This document shows positions 61,218 to 64,000 of a DNA stretch of 64,000 bases, piece after piece. This DNA comes from Gaiellales bacterium (GTDB lineage: Bacteria > Actinomycetota > Thermoleophilia > Gaiellales > JAICJC01), in NCBI GenBank assembly GCA_035473255.1, contig DATIOK010000130.1, positions 1,211 through 65,210 on the forward strand, written 5' to 3'. The first letter of the stretch is position 1, and the number at the start of each line of letters is the position of its first letter. The notes under the pieces were generated by a model. The model had not been told where the DNA came from, ran no database searches, and worked only from the letters and a program-made list of their open reading frames with translations. Position numbers and translations under genes: made by a program.

Positions 61218-62795
61218 TCAGTCGCCCGTCGCCGCGTCCGGCAGGTCGACCGTCCGGATCGGGCCCGTGAACCAGTTCTTGGCCCACAGGTGCCACGACA
61301 GGAACGAGTAGATCGCAACCGCCCCCACGATCAGCGGGCAGTAGTTGATCAGCCCGTTGTTCCAGGCAAAGTCCGCGTTGCCGGGGACGCCTCCGGGAGC
61401 GGTGGGCAGGAAGGCGATGATGCACACCACGAACACCTCGATCACCGCTATCGGGCACATCCACTTGTACTTGTTTCCGAGTGTCCACGGCCCGGTGACG
61501 AAGGAGTCCCCCATCCTCCATCTCAGGAAGATCGGGATGGCGTAGGCGATATAAAGGCCGACCACCGTGATCGATGCCAGCGCGTAGAATGCGATCGGCA
61601 CCCTGGACGCGTTGCCGTACAGCGACGGCAGGGTCACGATCGCGCAGATCGCGGCCATGCCCAACGTTGCGTTCCGCGGCGCCCGGTTGGGAGCCACCTT
61701 CGACCAGATCTGGTGCCCGGGGACCGCGCGGTCGCGGCTGAACGCGTACATCATCCGCGAGGCGCTGGTGAGGCCGGAGCCGCCGCAGAAGAACTGGCCG
61801 ATGGTCGAGATGATCATCACGGCTTTGAACCCGGCCAGGCCCAGCGCCGTCGCGAAGATGCCGATCGACGAGCCGGCGCCGTACGGGTTGCTGGTCGAGA
61901 TCACGTCGGCGTTCTTGACCGCGAACAGGAAGCACAGCAGCAGGATCCAGCCGCCGATCGCCGAGTAGAACACCGACCGCCACATGCCCTGCGCGGCCGC
62001 CTTGGCCGCGCCCGTGGTCTCCTCGGAGAGGTGGGCGGAGGCGTCGAAGCCGGTGATCGTGTACTGGGTCAGGATCACGCCCAGCGGCACCACGTAGAGG
62101 AAGAACTTGAGGCTGCTGGTGCCTCCCGAGAAGCCGGAGTTGTTGATCCAGTGCGTGAACACGAACGAGGCGCTCTGGTGGGATGTGGGCCCGAAGATCA
62201 GGATCAGCACGATGATCGCCGCACCCACCACGTGCCAGTAGGCGGAGGTGTTGTTCCAGATCGACAGGACGTGCGCCGGGAACAGGTTGATGAACACGTG
62301 CACGGCCAGGACGCAGAGGAAGATCAGGAAGATGTACTTGAGGTTGAACGCGTCGTAGCTGGTGTCGAACAGGCCGATCGTGTAGGACAGGAACGAGGCG
62401 CAGGCGTAGTCGACCGATGCCACCACGCCGACCAGGCCGACCAGGTTGAACCAGCCGGTGAACCATCCCCAGCTGGGGCCGCCCAGCTTGGACGCCCAGT
62501 AGTAGATGCCGCCTGCCGTGGGCATCGCCGAGACGACCTCGGCCATGCACAGAGCGATGATCAGAATGAAGGCGGAGACAACCGGCCACCCGATCGAGAC
62601 CATCACCGGTCCGCCGTTGTTCCAGGCCGCGAAGAAGTTCGTGAAGCAGCCTGCCAGGATCGAGATGATCGAGAAAGAGATCGCGAAGTTCGTGAAGCCG
62701 CCCCAGGAGCGTTCCAGCTCCTGCTTGTAGCCGAGCTCGGCGAGGAGCCGTTCGTCCTCGTTCAGCTGGGGGGCGCCCGGTGACGGGTCGCTCAT
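61218..62795 (-). CDS. APC-family amino acid/polyamine permease
   Basis: 525-aa ORF with 12 TM helices and an N-terminal amphipathic region LLAELGYKQELERSWGGFTNFAISFS. SD GGAGGA upstream. Confidence 0.9.
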   Translation of the reverse strand: MSDPSPGAPQLNEDERLLAELGYKQELERSWGGFTNFAISFSIISILAGCFTNFFAAWNNGGPVMVSIGWPVVSAFILIIALCMAEVVSAMPTAGGIYYWASKLGGPSWGWFTGWFNLVGLVGVVASVDYACASFLSYTIGLFDTSYDAFNLKYIFLIFLCVLAVHVFINLFPAHVLSIWNNTSAYWHVVGAAIIVLILIFGPTSHQSASFVFTHWINNSGFSGGTSSLKFFLYVVPLGVILTQYTITGFDASAHLSEETTGAAKAAAQGMWRSVFYSAIGGWILLLCFLFAVKNADVISTSNPYGAGSSIGIFATALGLAGFKAVMIISTIGQFFCGGSGLTSASRMMYAFSRDRAVPGHQIWSKVAPNRAPRNATLGMAAICAIVTLPSLYGNASRVPIAFYALASITVVGLYIAYAIPIFLRWRMGDSFVTGPWTLGNKYKWMCPIAVIEVFVVCIIAFLPTAPGGVPGNADFAWNNGLINYCPLIVGAVAIYSFLSWHLWAKNWFTGPIRTVDLPDAATGD

Positions 62796-62932
62796 GCGGA
62801 TTCCTCCTGAATTGGTTGTGGCCTATACCACGAGGCCGACGAGTATACGACTCCACGCGGCCGAATTTGTGGCGCGCGCCGAAGTTTTGCGGGTGCGCAG
62901 GAGCCGACTTGCCGTCGTGGAAGTCCCCTCCT

Positions 62933-63802
62933 GTGCGGCACCAGCTCACCCCTGGCGTGCTTCGGCTGTGCGCGCTGGTCGCGCTGTTCGTGTGCTGGGG
63001 CAGCTACCTGGAGGCCCGCGGGGCCGACCTGGGGGCGCGCACGGCCGGCCTGGTCACGGTCGCCTTCTGCCTGCTGATGATCGCGGCCCACGTGGCCGGA
63101 TCCCGGGCGGCGGCGCGCGACGACCCGCCGGCCGAGGTAGATCTGGCCGCCCTGCTCGGCGCGGCGCCGCTGGTGCCGGGACTGGTGCTGCTGCTGTGGC
63201 ATCACGCCGGCGCCGGGGCCAGCGTGGTGTTCCTGTACAGCTTCTCCAACGACGTGGTGGCGAACGCGCTGCTGATCGGGGCCGGCGTCTACGCCGCCGC
63301 GTTCCTGCTGGCCCGCCAGCCGCGCTGGCTGCTGGCGGCCGCCCTGGCGCTGGTGCTCGGGATCGAGCTGCACCTGTCGGCGGGGTTCCAGGTGACGCTG
63401 GCCTCCCGTGGCGGCGGCGACTGGACGCGGTTCCTGGTGACGCTGGGCGCCGTCGCGCTGCTGGTGGCGGCCGGCCGGCTGCTGCGCGGTGAGGAGGAGC
63501 GAAACCTGCTGGTGGCGGCCGCCCTGCTGATGCCGCTGGCGTACTCGGCGATCCCGGTCGCGACCGGTCAGGACGGCGTACGCGCCGTTGTCGGCGCGGC
63601 GCTGCTGGTGGCGATGACCGTGGCGGTGCGGCGAGAGCTGACCGTCGGCATGGGCTTCGGGCTGCTGGTGCTGGGGGCGCTGGAGGTCAGGACGCTTGGG
63701 TCATACGGCTCGTCGCTGGCGCCGCCGGCGCTGTTCGGCGCGGCCGGCCTGGGGCTGGCCTGGCTGTCGGTGATCGCGGCCCGGCGCCGGCACCTGCGGT
63801 AA
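62933..63802 (+). CDS. polytopic membrane protein, function unknown
   Basis: GTG at 62933 within ORF 62780..63802. Seven to eight hydrophobic helices; no recognised motif. Confidence 0.55.
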   Translation: MRHQLTPGVLRLCALVALFVCWGSYLEARGADLGARTAGLVTVAFCLLMIAAHVAGSRAAARDDPPAEVDLAALLGAAPLVPGLVLLLWHHAGAGASVVFLYSFSNDVVANALLIGAGVYAAAFLLARQPRWLLAAALALVLGIELHLSAGFQVTLASRGGGDWTRFLVTLGAVALLVAAGRLLRGEEERNLLVAAALLMPLAYSAIPVATGQDGVRAVVGAALLVAMTVAVRRELTVGMGFGLLVLGALEVRTLGSYGSSLAPPALFGAAGLGLAWLSVIAARRRHLR

Positions 63803-63825
63803 CGCAGGTCAGTTGAGCCGGCAGG

Positions 63826-64000
<175 letters not shown>

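Noticed and set aside
60997-62949. 650-aa minus-strand ORF in a different frame from the permease
   Set aside because: The overlapping 525-aa frame (61218..62795) encodes a convincing 12-TM APC permease. This frame is an Arg/Gly/Pro-rich artefact.

Overview
Very GC-rich, gene-dense chromosomal segment that looks like an Actinomycetota-type genome (many leaderless or GTG/TTG starts, ATGA/GTGA stop-start overlaps, long spurious antisense ORFs). I support about 62 protein-coding genes, one tRNA-Thr(CGU), one likely gene remnant and several non-coding repeats. There is no rRNA, CRISPR array, transposase, integrase or phage gene.

Gene content is ordinary accessory metabolism and signalling:
- six MFS transporters and an ABC-2 exporter
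- two GGDEF-EAL proteins
- a CoxL/M/S-type molybdenum hydroxylase
- a Co-type nitrile hydratase operon
- amidase, amine oxidases, glycerol kinase, adenine deaminase, RsgA, MsrA, an NfuA-like protein and an Rpf-like protein

Observations worth a second look:
1. An AhpE/BCP-like peroxiredoxin has an in-frame TGA exactly at the peroxidatic-cysteine codon, followed by a 7-bp GC hairpin at SECIS-like spacing. It is a candidate selenoprotein that the ORF track splits.
2. Two 182-nt direct repeats bracket the adenine deaminase gene. They have no indels and share a strong hairpin and a LexA-box-like palindrome.
3. A second, 134-nt repeat family is bounded by GGTGTTTGAC(T/A)CC boxes and sits between convergent genes. 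A solo box lies elsewhere.
4. A 166-bp palindromic MITE-like element exactly fills an intercistronic gap in the nitrile hydratase/MBL operon. Its terminal 13-mer recurs beside an MFS gene remnant.
5. There are unusual domain fusions: TMADH-like dehydrogenase plus ETF-alpha FAD domain, unknown 330-aa domain plus GcvT, and PAP2 plus LPG-synthase TM.
6. An ATP-grasp/C45-hydrolase/GST cluster sits divergent from an amidase.
7. A possible ydaO-like leader precedes the Rpf-like gene.

All functional calls come from motif recognition by eye; no database search was run.
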